Notes: generated by a model from the sequence alone, not told the origin. Shown: positions 50,799 to 59,497, numbered from the stretch's first letter. The stretch: DNA of 64,000 nucleotides from an uncultured Verrucomicrobiota bacterium (GCA_964609795.1 CAZSTC010000001.1:17518-81517), one strand, 5' to 3'. Numbers and translations are program-made.

Positions 50799-50875
50799 GG
50801 TGAGAAAACAGGTTTTCGTTTTTTTATACACCCCATCTATGGTCTGCTGATCATATTTTAATAACTATATAACTC

Positions 50876-50907
50876 TAAAAAACCAGGGATGAGTTCTCTG
50901 GTTTTTT
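50876..50907. terminator. Bidirectional-type terminator after glnS
   Basis: The 7-bp stem ACCAGGGA..TTCTCTGGT includes one G-U pair and is flanked by A7 and T6. Confidence 0.55.
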
Positions 50908-50981
50908 GCTTTCAGCCCGTCATTATAAAACTTGCCAGGGTAGAGGAAGGTGTATAGGATGTCCCTGACTTAGTTTTTGAT

Positions 50982-53351
50982 ATGAACATAAAATACCACT
51001 GCATAACGAGGCTGGCAGCTTTTCTTCTGCTGGGAGGTACTTGCGCGGCATTTGCGGATACTACCGATAATGACCGCTTTCAGCCGGCTCTGACTCCTCA
51101 AGCTCCGCCAAAAGCACGGCCCTTCAGCTTGCGGGACGTGAAGCTGCTGGATGGCTTCTTCCTGGATGGGCAGAAAGTTTCAGCTGAGTATCTTCTCTCT
51201 TTGGAGCCGGATCGGTTTTTGGCTCAGTTCCGCAGCAATGCAGGCTTGGAGCCCAAGGCCAAGCGTTATGAAGGATGGGAGTCGATGTCGATAGCCGGAC
51301 ACTCTTGCGGTCATTATTTGAGTGCTTGCGCTCTGGCTTACGCCTCGACCGGGAATCCTGAGTTTCTGAAGCGGGTAAATTATATTGTTTCGGAGTTTGC
51401 CGAGTGTCAGAAAGCCAAAAACTCTGGTTTAATCAGCGCTATTCCCGGAGGCGAAAAGTGCATGGACGAGCTGCGCTCCGGAGTGGTTCGCTCGGAAGGG
51501 TTCAATCTGAACGGTATCTGGGTTCCATTCTATACGTACCACAAACAGCTTGCAGGCCTGCGGGATGCTTATCGGATTTGTGGAAACCGGGAGGCTCTTG
51601 AGGTGGCCCAAAAATTTGCGGACTATCTTTGGGATGTAGTGAAAGGTCTTGACGAAGAAAAGATGCAGCAGGTTCTCTTCTGCGAGCATGGAGGAATGAA
51701 TGAAGTTCTGGCCGATCTTTATGCGGATACGGGAGAAGAACGTTACCTCACGGCCGCACGGCGTTTTCATCATCGGTTAATTCTGGATCCATTGATTGAA
51801 GGCAGAGATATTTTGCCCGGTAAACACGCCAATACGCAGGTTCCGAAACTGGTGGGTTTGGCCACCCTCTATGAAATTACGGGTAATCCTGCTGATCGGG
51901 ATGGTGCAGAATTTTTCTGGGAGAGGGTAGTGCATCATCACTCCTATGTTACGGGCGGACACTGTGACCGCGAATATTTCTCTCAACCTGATAAACTTAA
52001 CGATAGATTGAGTCAGGATACCACTGAGACTTGCAACGTGAACAACATGTTGAAGCTCACGCGCCACGTGTTTGGCTGGAGACCCGAGGCGGAAGTGGGC
52101 GATTTCTTTGAGAGAGCATTGTATAATCACATTCTTTCCAGCCATAGCCCAGAGGGGAGGGTCATTTACAATCTTTCGTTGAAGCAAGGTGGACACAAAG
52201 TATATCAAAGTCCGTATGACGATTTTACTTGTTGCGTGGGCACAGGCTTTGAAAATCATGTGAAGTATTGCGACGGAATCTATTTTCACAATGAATCCAA
52301 TTTATGGGTGAACCTGTTTATTGCCTCAGAATTGAACTGGGAGGCCAAGGGAATTCGGTTGACTCAGGAGACTCGCTATCCCGATGAAAGTACGAGCAAG
52401 ATCACATTGAGTTGCAAAAAGCCTGAGACTTTTACTTTGCAGCTACGGCACCCGGGCTGGGCTTCGGATGGAGCCTTTGTAAAGGTGAATGGAGTCGTAG
52501 AAAAGGCATCCTGGCAGCCGTCCTCTTTCATAAAACTGGATCGGCAGTGGAAAGATGGAGACGTGATTCAGATTGAGATTCCAATGAGACTGCGCAAAGA
52601 ATCCATGCCGGATAATCCAAACCGGATTGCTGTTTTCTACGGCCCTATCCTGCTGGCAGCGCAATTGGGTGAAGTAGGGGATCCTTCTCAAATCCAGGAG
52701 GGTTTTGTGCCGATTCTGAAGATGAATGAAAAGGAGCCGCTCTGCAAATGGGTCAAACCCATTGAAGGTAAGTCACTGACTTTCCGAACGGAGGGCGTCG
52801 GTTATCCTCGAGATGTAGAGTTGGTCCCATTCTTCCGCCTGCATGGAAGCGAAAAACATTACACTGTTTATTTGGATGTCTATACGGAAGAGCAATACCG
52901 TGAGCTTAAGGAACGAATTGAAGCGGAAGAGGCGGCAAAAGCGCTCCTGGAAAAGAGAACGGTGGATTTGTTTTTCATCGGGCAGATGCAACCCGAACGT
53001 GATCATAACCTCACGGGAGAAAAAACGAGCGTCGGAGAGCATCAGGGCCGCAAGTGGCGTCACGCGGCAAGCGATGGTTGGTTTGCTTTTGACATGAAAG
53101 TGGACCCGGAAGTGGAGAATATCCTGACTTGCACCTATTGGGGTGGAGATCACCGTACTTTCGAGATTCAGGTCGACGGAGAGCTCCTGGCACGGCAGGA
53201 ACTCACGGGGCAGCCGGCCCGGTTTATCGACGTTGAGTATAAATTGCCCCCCAAGTTCACGCAGAATAAAAATCAGGTGAATATAAAGTTTTTGCCTGTC
53301 GGTAATAGTTTTGCCGGCGGTCTTTTCGGGGTTCGGATGTTGAGGGAATAG
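50982..53351 (+). CDS. Glycoside hydrolase family 127-like (beta-L-arabinofuranosidase/DUF1680) with signal peptide
   Basis: The N-terminal signal is LAAFLLLGGTCAAFA. HSCGHYLSACALAY is present. TETCNVNN and FTCCVGTGFENH match the Glu/Cys zinc-site and Cys-nucleophile arrangement known from HypBA1. Confidence 0.8.
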   Translation: MNIKYHCITRLAAFLLLGGTCAAFADTTDNDRFQPALTPQAPPKARPFSLRDVKLLDGFFLDGQKVSAEYLLSLEPDRFLAQFRSNAGLEPKAKRYEGWESMSIAGHSCGHYLSACALAYASTGNPEFLKRVNYIVSEFAECQKAKNSGLISAIPGGEKCMDELRSGVVRSEGFNLNGIWVPFYTYHKQLAGLRDAYRICGNREALEVAQKFADYLWDVVKGLDEEKMQQVLFCEHGGMNEVLADLYADTGEERYLTAARRFHHRLILDPLIEGRDILPGKHANTQVPKLVGLATLYEITGNPADRDGAEFFWERVVHHHSYVTGGHCDREYFSQPDKLNDRLSQDTTETCNVNNMLKLTRHVFGWRPEAEVGDFFERALYNHILSSHSPEGRVIYNLSLKQGGHKVYQSPYDDFTCCVGTGFENHVKYCDGIYFHNESNLWVNLFIASELNWEAKGIRLTQETRYPDESTSKITLSCKKPETFTLQLRHPGWASDGAFVKVNGVVEKASWQPSSFIKLDRQWKDGDVIQIEIPMRLRKESMPDNPNRIAVFYGPILLAAQLGEVGDPSQIQEGFVPILKMNEKEPLCKWVKPIEGKSLTFRTEGVGYPRDVELVPFFRLHGSEKHYTVYLDVYTEEQYRELKERIEAEEAAKALLEKRTVDLFFIGQMQPERDHNLTGEKTSVGEHQGRKWRHAASDGWFAFDMKVDPEVENILTCTYWGGDHRTFEIQVDGELLARQELTGQPARFIDVEYKLPPKFTQNKNQVNIKFLPVGNSFAGGLFGVRMLRE

Positions 53352-53570
53352 AGCGCTTATTTCGCAAATTATTTTATTGCCCGTGGCTCTTCTAATCGCC
53401 GGCGGAAGGTGTTTCGATTGGCTGATTTAGTTCAATGAGAGCTGGAGGATTGGGGCTGGACAAAAAGCTCTTTGGATATATAATAATTCTGCTGCGGCGG
53501 TTTATTTCGCTAATACATGCTGTTTAAGCGGTGGTGGTAGGAAACGGGTGCATTGGTCTCGCCTTGGCAG

Positions 53571-53578
53571 TGTATAAT
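53571..53578 (+). promoter_or_regulatory. Putative extended -10 promoter element for tatA
   Basis: TGTATAAT lies ~45 nt upstream of the tatA ATG. No good -35 is present. Confidence 0.4.
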
Positions 53579-53620
53579 GTATCTAAATAATTAACTTAAA
53601 AACAGATAGTAATAGTAAAT

Positions 53621-53896
53621 ATGAACAGTTTATTAGCGTTTGGGATGCCCGGTGGAACCGAACTGATAATCATTCTGGTAGTGGTCTTGCTTCTCTTCGG
53701 AGCAAAGAAAATACCTGAATTGGCAAAAGGTTTGGGAACCGGAATCAAAGAGTTCAAGAAGGCCACCACCAACATCAATGATGAGATTCAGCATGCGATA
53801 GATGAGCCTGTGAAGACGAACTCTGGTTCAAAGGCATCAACTCAAAAGACGGCTTCGACGGACGAGTCGAAAGACGACGCCTCACCCAAGGCTTAA
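53621..53896 (+). CDS. tatA: Twin-arginine translocase subunit TatA/E
   Basis: The TM and hinge are [35 protein letters not shown]. Confidence 0.92.
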   Translation: MNSLLAFGMPGGTELIIILVVVLLLFGAKKIPELAKGLGTGIKEFKKATTNINDEIQHAIDEPVKTNSGSKASTQKTASTDESKDDASPKA

Positions 53897-53929
53897 CATT
53901 TCTTCCCAATATTTTTTTTGTAGAAGAAT

Positions 53930-55402
53930 ATGGCTACCGAGCCTGAAGATCCGATATTGGATTCGGAGGACGAGGGTGGGCCGATAAAAGGTTTTCTGGA
54001 GCACCTGGAGGATTTACGCTGGGTGCTCTTGAAGAGCATAACGGCTCTGTTCGTCGCACTTCTGGTGTGCCTATTCGGCGCACCTTTCCTGATAGGTATC
54101 CTAAAATATCCCTTGGAGCAATCGGCCAAGCTGAGTTCGCTCTACGGGGGTAAAGATATCTCTATTGCAGTAAAGATTGGTACTAACTCCGTCGGGTTGT
54201 TCAAGCCGGGAGGGGAGTATCTTAAGGGTCTGGAGACGGCGCTCAACGTCAATTCCAATCAAAGTTTCGTCATAGATTTAAAGCCCATTATACATGGTAC
54301 TAATAATTATCTGGGCTTTACTGTCAGTACCAATGAAGCGGATTTTCCAGAAAAAGCCCCTGTCGAGCTGCTCAACTTAAGCCCGGTATCGGGTTTTATG
54401 GTGGCGCTGCAAGTGGCATTTTATGGAGGGCTGGTTTTTTCAGCTCCGTTCATTCTCTTTTTTATCGCACAGTTCATCTTGCCTGCTTTGAAGGTCAATG
54501 AACTGCGCTATGTAAGGAAGGCCTTTATTTTCAGTATCGGGTTGTTCGCTCTGGGCGTTAGTCTTTGCTACTTCATGATGCTCCCCATCGCGCTGAGGGC
54601 GGCTGTCTGGTTTTCTAATCAGATGGGTTTTGGCGCGTTTCAATGGACAGCGGATACCTATATCGGTTTTGTGACCAAATTCATGCTGGCCATGGGGATT
54701 GGTTTCGAATTGCCAGTCTTTCTGCTTCTCTTTGTAAAGCTGGGATTCATCAGTTATAGCACGCTGGCTAAGAACCGGAAGATTGTCTTCGTTGTAATTT
54801 TGTTGATTGCAACTGTGCTGACTCCTCCGGATGCAGTGACGCAGATTGCGATGACGATTCCGCTTTATGCACTTTTTGAACTGACGGCTCTAATAGCCTG
54901 GTGGTGGGAGCGCAAAGATAAGAAGCTGGCTGCGGCTCAGGAAGCTGCTGAGGAAGCGGAACGGGAAGTTCAGCGCAAGCGCAGGAATGAGCAGGTAGCG
55001 GCTGAAGCGGCCGAAGCAGAGAAGCGTAAAGCCGAAGGGGCTGCAGTGACTGCGACGGAAGTTCTCCAAACAGAGTCTGGCAAAACTGAGACCTCTGATG
55101 AGGGACAGGGTGAAACAGCCTCACAGGATGGGGAATCTGCGAAGGGGGCCAATACGCCTCAAGTGGAGCAGGAAGAGTTTGTCATTGAAGGGGAGCCTGA
55201 GCCGCCTTATGTTCCTCCTCTGCCCGACGCCGGCTATCAACCTTATCTGGAAGCATTGGAAAACTCCAAGTCTTCGGCGGATTCTGAAACGGAGACCTCT
55301 GAAGCAGAATCACCGGAAGAGGAGAAAACAGATAAAGAAACTCGGCAGAAAAAATTCGATCAGGTTGCTGATTCGGATAGAAACCCTGACATTCCCTTGT
55401 AA
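53930..55402 (+). CDS. tatC: Twin-arginine translocase subunit TatC, unusually long (490 aa)
   Basis: FLEHLEDLRWVLLKSI and LTPPDAVTQIAMTIPLYALFE mark the TatC core. It has a ~90-aa insertion after TM1 and a ~165-aa acidic C-terminal tail. Confidence 0.88.
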   Translation: MATEPEDPILDSEDEGGPIKGFLEHLEDLRWVLLKSITALFVALLVCLFGAPFLIGILKYPLEQSAKLSSLYGGKDISIAVKIGTNSVGLFKPGGEYLKGLETALNVNSNQSFVIDLKPIIHGTNNYLGFTVSTNEADFPEKAPVELLNLSPVSGFMVALQVAFYGGLVFSAPFILFFIAQFILPALKVNELRYVRKAFIFSIGLFALGVSLCYFMMLPIALRAAVWFSNQMGFGAFQWTADTYIGFVTKFMLAMGIGFELPVFLLLFVKLGFISYSTLAKNRKIVFVVILLIATVLTPPDAVTQIAMTIPLYALFELTALIAWWWERKDKKLAAAQEAAEEAEREVQRKRRNEQVAAEAAEAEKRKAEGAAVTATEVLQTESGKTETSDEGQGETASQDGESAKGANTPQVEQEEFVIEGEPEPPYVPPLPDAGYQPYLEALENSKSSADSETETSEAESPEEEKTDKETRQKKFDQVADSDRNPDIPL

Positions 55403-55403
55403 A

Positions 55404-56705
55404 ATGAAAGTCTTAAAATATACCGATGCGGACTTCGACGCGAAGTTCAGCGCCGTGCTGGCAACGTCGAGTTTATTCGATGCAGAAATTGAGAAGCGAG
55501 TTCTCAATATCGTAGAGCAAGTGCGGCTCCATGGTGATCAGGCGCTGGTCGACTTCGCTGCTCAATTCGATAAGGTCCAACTGGATGTCTCTCGTCTTAA
55601 GGTTACCGTAGAAGAGGAGGTCGCTGCTGCATTAAAGACAGTGATTCAACCGGGAGTGGACGGTGCCCTCAAAGAGGCTCTGAAAAACATCACCTCTTTT
55701 GCGAAGAAATCTCTTCGGAAGAACTGGCAGTCGAAAAATTCGCACGGCGCCCTGGTGGGAGAGAAGTTTGATCCTTTCAAGCGGGTCGGAATTTACGTTC
55801 CCGCTGGGAAGGCTCCATTGGCCAGCTCTGCCCTGATGACCATTAGTTTGGCGAAGGTAGCCGGATGCAAAGAGATCGTCGTTTGCACGCCTTGCGGCAA
55901 AGACGGCGCTCTACAACCTGAGCTGCTTTATGCGGCTGTTCTTGCCGGTGCCACGGAGATTTACCGGGTGGGCGGTGCTCAGGCAATTGCGGCCATGGCC
56001 TATGGCACCTCCACAATCGGCAAAGTGCAGAAAATATTCGGGCCCGGCAATGCCTATGTGGTTGCCGCGAAACGGATGCTTTTTGGGCATGTTGCCGTGG
56101 ATTTGCTCCCGGGCCCCAGCGAGGTGTTGGTGATTGCCGATTCAAGCGCCAAACCGGCTTATATCGCTGCAGATATATTGGCTCAAGCCGAGCATGGTTC
56201 GGGCAAAGAGAGGGTCTGGCTGGTGAGCACTTCGGAAAAAATATTGGAAAGGGTGGAGAAGGAAATCACTCGACAACTGGAGCGGGCTGAGCGTAAGGAG
56301 CTTCTTTCTGAAGTCCTGGAAAAAGGGACAGCTTTAATCTTGGCGAAAAACATTCAGCACGCTGTTGAACTGGCGAACCTCTTGGCCCCGGAACATTGTG
56401 AAGTGATGACAAAAGATCCCCGGAGCGTAGCCGAAGGAATACATACGGCGGGAGCTTTGATGCTGGGGAGTTATTCTCCGGCAGTCCTGGGCGATTATGT
56501 TGCCGGTCCGAGTCATGAGTTGCCTACGGGCGGAGCGGGCGTATCGTTTGCCGGGCTCACAGTGGATCAATTCCAGCGTAGAACAAGTTTGGTGGAATAT
56601 ACGAAAGAGAATTTGAAAAAGGCGCTGCCTGCTGTGAAAAAGTTCGCCGGTATGGAAGGCCTTACTGCCCACGGCCGTTCTGCAGAGCTGAGGCTGGAGG
56701 ATTAA
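55404..56705 (+). CDS. hisD: Histidinol dehydrogenase
   Basis: ATG 55404 (MKVLKYTDADFDAKF) is preferred. The track ORF from 55098 reads through the tatC 3' end in another frame. AQAEHGSG and GDYVAGPSHELPTGG are present. Confidence 0.9.
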   Translation: MKVLKYTDADFDAKFSAVLATSSLFDAEIEKRVLNIVEQVRLHGDQALVDFAAQFDKVQLDVSRLKVTVEEEVAAALKTVIQPGVDGALKEALKNITSFAKKSLRKNWQSKNSHGALVGEKFDPFKRVGIYVPAGKAPLASSALMTISLAKVAGCKEIVVCTPCGKDGALQPELLYAAVLAGATEIYRVGGAQAIAAMAYGTSTIGKVQKIFGPGNAYVVAAKRMLFGHVAVDLLPGPSEVLVIADSSAKPAYIAADILAQAEHGSGKERVWLVSTSEKILERVEKEITRQLERAERKELLSEVLEKGTALILAKNIQHAVELANLLAPEHCEVMTKDPRSVAEGIHTAGALMLGSYSPAVLGDYVAGPSHELPTGGAGVSFAGLTVDQFQRRTSLVEYTKENLKKALPAVKKFAGMEGLTAHGRSAELRLED

Positions 56706-56713
56706 TCCTTTTT

Positions 56714-57649
56714 ATGGACAGAAGAGGTTTTCTGAAAAACCTGAGTTTCGGTGCTGCGGGGCTGCTCCTGCCGGGCTGCATCAGCACTCTGCCTGATAAG
56801 GGAAGGCTAGTGGGTGAAGAGCTCATTAGAGACTCACGTTTTAAAAAAGGTTTTCGCCTAGTAGACCCTGAGTTGAGGGTTCAGGATTATGGGCTCTGGC
56901 AGCCTTTTTCGGAAGAGAAGCCGGTTTGGGCAATCGCGCAATGGGGGACCCGCGAAAAAGTAATTCCTCTCAATCAGAGCTCAACTCTTTCTAATTCCTG
57001 CAAGTCGATTTCGGTAGTCCGCACTGGATCAAAGGCCGATTTAATTCTGGCAGTGAACGGCAACCAGGAATATAAAGGAGTACCAAGAAACGGTGATGAA
57101 ATGTGGGCTCATCTGCTCGTAGAGCAGGAAATAGAGTCCTTGCCGCGCCTGGTGGATTTGAAGTCTTTAAAATTCCATCTGGAAGCCAAACTCCTTCATT
57201 CTATCCTTCACAAGCCGGAACTTTTTGACGATGGAAAACATGCCGCTCAGTATCAAGTTTTCTTTTATCTTCAGGATCGGAATAAACAATCTGAAGGTTA
57301 TGGAGAGATGATCTGGTTTGGAATTCCGGTTTATGACAATCGGAAGCCTAAGACTGAGCGCTATGAGGCTCTGGATTTTGCCGGTTCAGGCATGTTTATT
57401 TGTACTTTAGCGCATGAGGACCTCTGTGCAGATTCTGCGCATGAGGGCAAATGGATTAGGCTGGAAGCGGATTTGCTCCCGGAAATGGTCAAGGCTTACT
57501 CCATTGCCCGGAAAAAAGGGTTTATGAAGAAGACCAAAAGCCTGGAAGACATGCATCTCACGGGGATGAACATGGGGTGGGAGGTACCCGGGCTTCTGGA
57601 TGTCAGTTTACAGGTTCGGCACCTGAGCCTTATTGCGGAGAGAATCTAA
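56714..57649 (+). CDS. Hypothetical Tat-signal lipoprotein
   Basis: MDRRGFLKNLSFGAAGLLLPGCIS combines an RR motif with a lipobox Cys. The mature ~285 aa have no motif I recognise. Confidence 0.6.
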   Translation: MDRRGFLKNLSFGAAGLLLPGCISTLPDKGRLVGEELIRDSRFKKGFRLVDPELRVQDYGLWQPFSEEKPVWAIAQWGTREKVIPLNQSSTLSNSCKSISVVRTGSKADLILAVNGNQEYKGVPRNGDEMWAHLLVEQEIESLPRLVDLKSLKFHLEAKLLHSILHKPELFDDGKHAAQYQVFFYLQDRNKQSEGYGEMIWFGIPVYDNRKPKTERYEALDFAGSGMFICTLAHEDLCADSAHEGKWIRLEADLLPEMVKAYSIARKKGFMKKTKSLEDMHLTGMNMGWEVPGLLDVSLQVRHLSLIAERI

Positions 57650-57653
57650 CGCA

Positions 57654-57698
57654 CAAAGTGCAGGTATCTGCTTGTTTTTTGCAGAAGCCTGCACTTTG
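57654..57698. terminator. Convergent (bidirectional) terminator hairpin
   Basis: The 11-bp stem CAAAGTGCAGG/CCTGCACTTTG encloses an inner TCTGC..GCAGA hairpin with T6. It lies between two convergent genes. Confidence 0.6.
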
Positions 57699-57739
57699 AG
57701 TGAGCCCGTTTTGGGTTGGGCGGAAGAATGGTTTTGATG

Positions 57740-59017
57740 CTATCTCCTCATGCCTCCCATAAAGCTACTGAGTCCACCCATTCCGTCTCTGCCTCCTCCG
57801 TTCCCCGTAAAAAGACTGATCATGATATCCTGAGCTATCTTGGTTTGGTCCACACTAGGACGTTCCGCATAGGCACCGGGATTCAAGGAGTATTCCAATT
57901 GTTCCCGCGTTGTGCTGAATGCACTGCCCATGCCTCGTGTTTGCCCATATTCCTGTTCCAGGGAATTGAGGAGAGTGAGTCTGCTCTGAGCTACGTCCGG
58001 GGGAAGATCAGGAGGAGGACCGCCTCTCTCGTTCATTCCCGTAAGACCCAGGACCAATATCGCGCGGATAGGGGTGCCTACCTCTTCTGAATGAATGGAC
58101 CTGGAAAAAAGATCCGTTGCCTGTTCATTGGAGCCGACATAGTTCATGGCTACCCGGATGAGGTCCGCCCGGTCGGCCATCGTCAGTTCAGGATTCCCAA
58201 AAATACTGTGGATTAGCGGCATGGCATCTTCACCCATTGTTTTGTGGAGGAAATCCAGGATATCGCGATCCAGCTTGCCATCTGCCATCAGCTGACCAGC
58301 CAGAACCTGTGCCATTTCAGTATCGTGCAATTCAATGAGGAGGCTCAAGAGTTCCCGCTTGTCATCCCGTGCCAGGGAAGTATCGTTCAACATGTTCCGA
58401 GCCGTGGTGATTGAGATATTTCGAAAAAGCTCCGGATCCAGACTCAAAAGTATTCTTGCAATATAGGTGGCTTCTGAAGCACTGAGGGCAGTCGGGAGTA
58501 TCTGGCTCAAAAGACCTATTGACTCTGAAGTGCCGATATCGCGCAGGACATCAGCCAGCCCCAATCGCGTTGAAGGCGGTACGGGAACCCCTTCACTGAT
58601 GTTAATGGAGGCAGAGCGGATTTTGCCGGATGCGGACAGAATTACATTATGCCCGCTGGTATAGTAATCGCGAATGCTTGCAATGGGGCTTTTCTTTGAT
58701 TCTGTCAAAGCCTGGAAGCAAAAAATGGCTCTCCGGAGTTTTTTGCGTTCACTTTCGTTATCCAGTGTGTAAAGCATCTCGATGAGTTCTTCGGGATCAT
58801 CCTGAAGATAACCGGCGGTGGCGGAAGAAGAGCTCAAGGCCAGTTGATCGCGCAATTGAGCCATTTCTGCTTCCCAACGGGCACGTTCTTCACTTAAGAA
58901 TTTTTCTTGAGCCAGAAGTGATGCTTCCGCAGAGTTGCGGGCATAAAAATGCTGTGCCACTGCGACAACCACCAAAAGCGCCAAGGCTGAACAGAGAGCT
59001 ATATTGATTCGATTCAT
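57740..59017 (-). CDS. Hypothetical membrane-anchored alpha-helical repeat protein with a Gly/Met-rich C-terminus
   Basis: ATG 59017 (MNRINIALCSALALLVVVAVA, a TM anchor) is preferred over the track TTG 59032. A coiled-coil segment is followed by HEAT-like helical repeats, and the protein ends GNGGGRDGMGGLSSFMGGMRR. Confidence 0.6.
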   Translation of the reverse strand: MNRINIALCSALALLVVVAVAQHFYARNSAEASLLAQEKFLSEERARWEAEMAQLRDQLALSSSSATAGYLQDDPEELIEMLYTLDNESERKKLRRAIFCFQALTESKKSPIASIRDYYTSGHNVILSASGKIRSASINISEGVPVPPSTRLGLADVLRDIGTSESIGLLSQILPTALSASEATYIARILLSLDPELFRNISITTARNMLNDTSLARDDKRELLSLLIELHDTEMAQVLAGQLMADGKLDRDILDFLHKTMGEDAMPLIHSIFGNPELTMADRADLIRVAMNYVGSNEQATDLFSRSIHSEEVGTPIRAILVLGLTGMNERGGPPPDLPPDVAQSRLTLLNSLEQEYGQTRGMGSAFSTTREQLEYSLNPGAYAERPSVDQTKIAQDIMISLFTGNGGGRDGMGGLSSFMGGMRR

Positions 59018-59130
59018 CTTCGTTCCTTCCAAAACATCTCAGATGTTTATCATATCCATAAGATACGCCAAAAGCAATTTTTGTGTCTCCAAAAAGTTCT
59101 TCGGGATACAGGGAGCTCACAGCCGAAGAA

Positions 59131-59172
59131 GAAGTGAGGAAAGTGGGGGAGAGTGTGGAAAAAAGTGAGGGT
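59131..59172 (+). repeat. Distal array of four phased AGTGRGG boxes
   Basis: AAGTGAGG, AAGTGGGG, GAGTGTGG and AAGTGAGG have GT positions at 59134, 59143, 59153 and 59165 (spacing 9, 10 and 12 nt). All are on the mraZ-coding strand. Confidence 0.6.
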
Positions 59173-59229
59173 AAAAATTTTCCCTTTTTTTTGAGCAAAA
59201 AAAATCCTGAAAAGCGCGAGAAAAATCGT

Positions 59230-59275
59230 TGTGAATGATTTGTGAAAAGAGGGTTCATGAGGAGGTGTTTTAAGC
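59230..59275 (+). repeat. Module A of a ~45-bp imperfect direct repeat (TGTGAA-N5-TGTGAA-AGAGG...TTTTAAG)
   Basis: TGTGAATGATTTGTGAAAAGAGGGTTCATGAGGAGGTGTTTTAAG. 19 of the first 23 nt are identical to module B, 119 bp downstream. Confidence 0.6.
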
Positions 59276-59348
59276 AGGAACATTAGTTAATATAACAAGC
59301 TTTTAATGAAGAAGTTATATTGAAGTTATCAGGTTATTTTCAGGGTTC

Positions 59349-59393
59349 TGTGAATAACTTGTGAATAGAGGTATTGAAAGAGGTTTTAAGAAT
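59349..59393 (+). repeat. Module B of the ~45-bp imperfect direct repeat
   Basis: TGTGAATAACTTGTGAATAGAGGTATTGAAAGAGGTTTTAAG. The internal TGTGAA boxes have an 11-bp period. Confidence 0.6.
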
Positions 59394-59414
59394 TTTTAAG
59401 AAAAAAGGGGGGCG

Positions 59415-59478
59415 AAGTGTAAAAAAATGTAGAAAAAGTTTCTCGAAGTGTTGACAAAGTGGGGCAAGATGTTAGAAT
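59415..59478 (+). promoter_or_regulatory. Putative Pmra promoter overlapped by phased AAGTG boxes (candidate MraZ operator)
   Basis: The promoter is TTGACA (59451-56), a 16-nt spacer and TAGAAT (59473-78). The boxes AAGTGT, AATGTA, AAGTTT, AAGTGT, AAGTGG and GATGTT are spaced 9-12 nt apart. Confidence 0.55.
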
Positions 59479-59497
59479 GGATTCCGATTTTGAGGCC

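Noticed and set aside
55098-55403. A 102-codon N-terminal extension of the hisD ORF in the track.
   Set aside because: It overlaps the tatC 3' end in another frame and encodes an Arg/Lys/Leu-rich sequence. The canonical HisD N-terminus begins at ATG 55404, 1 nt after the tatC stop.
59131-59478. The idea that the repeated boxes form a CRISPR array or a mobile-element terminus.
   Set aside because: The repeat units are only 6-8 nt with ~10-nt phasing, plus one 45-bp imperfect duplication. There are no 25-40-nt repeats with unique spacers, no cas genes and no transposase or inverted terminal repeats. A regulatory array fits better.
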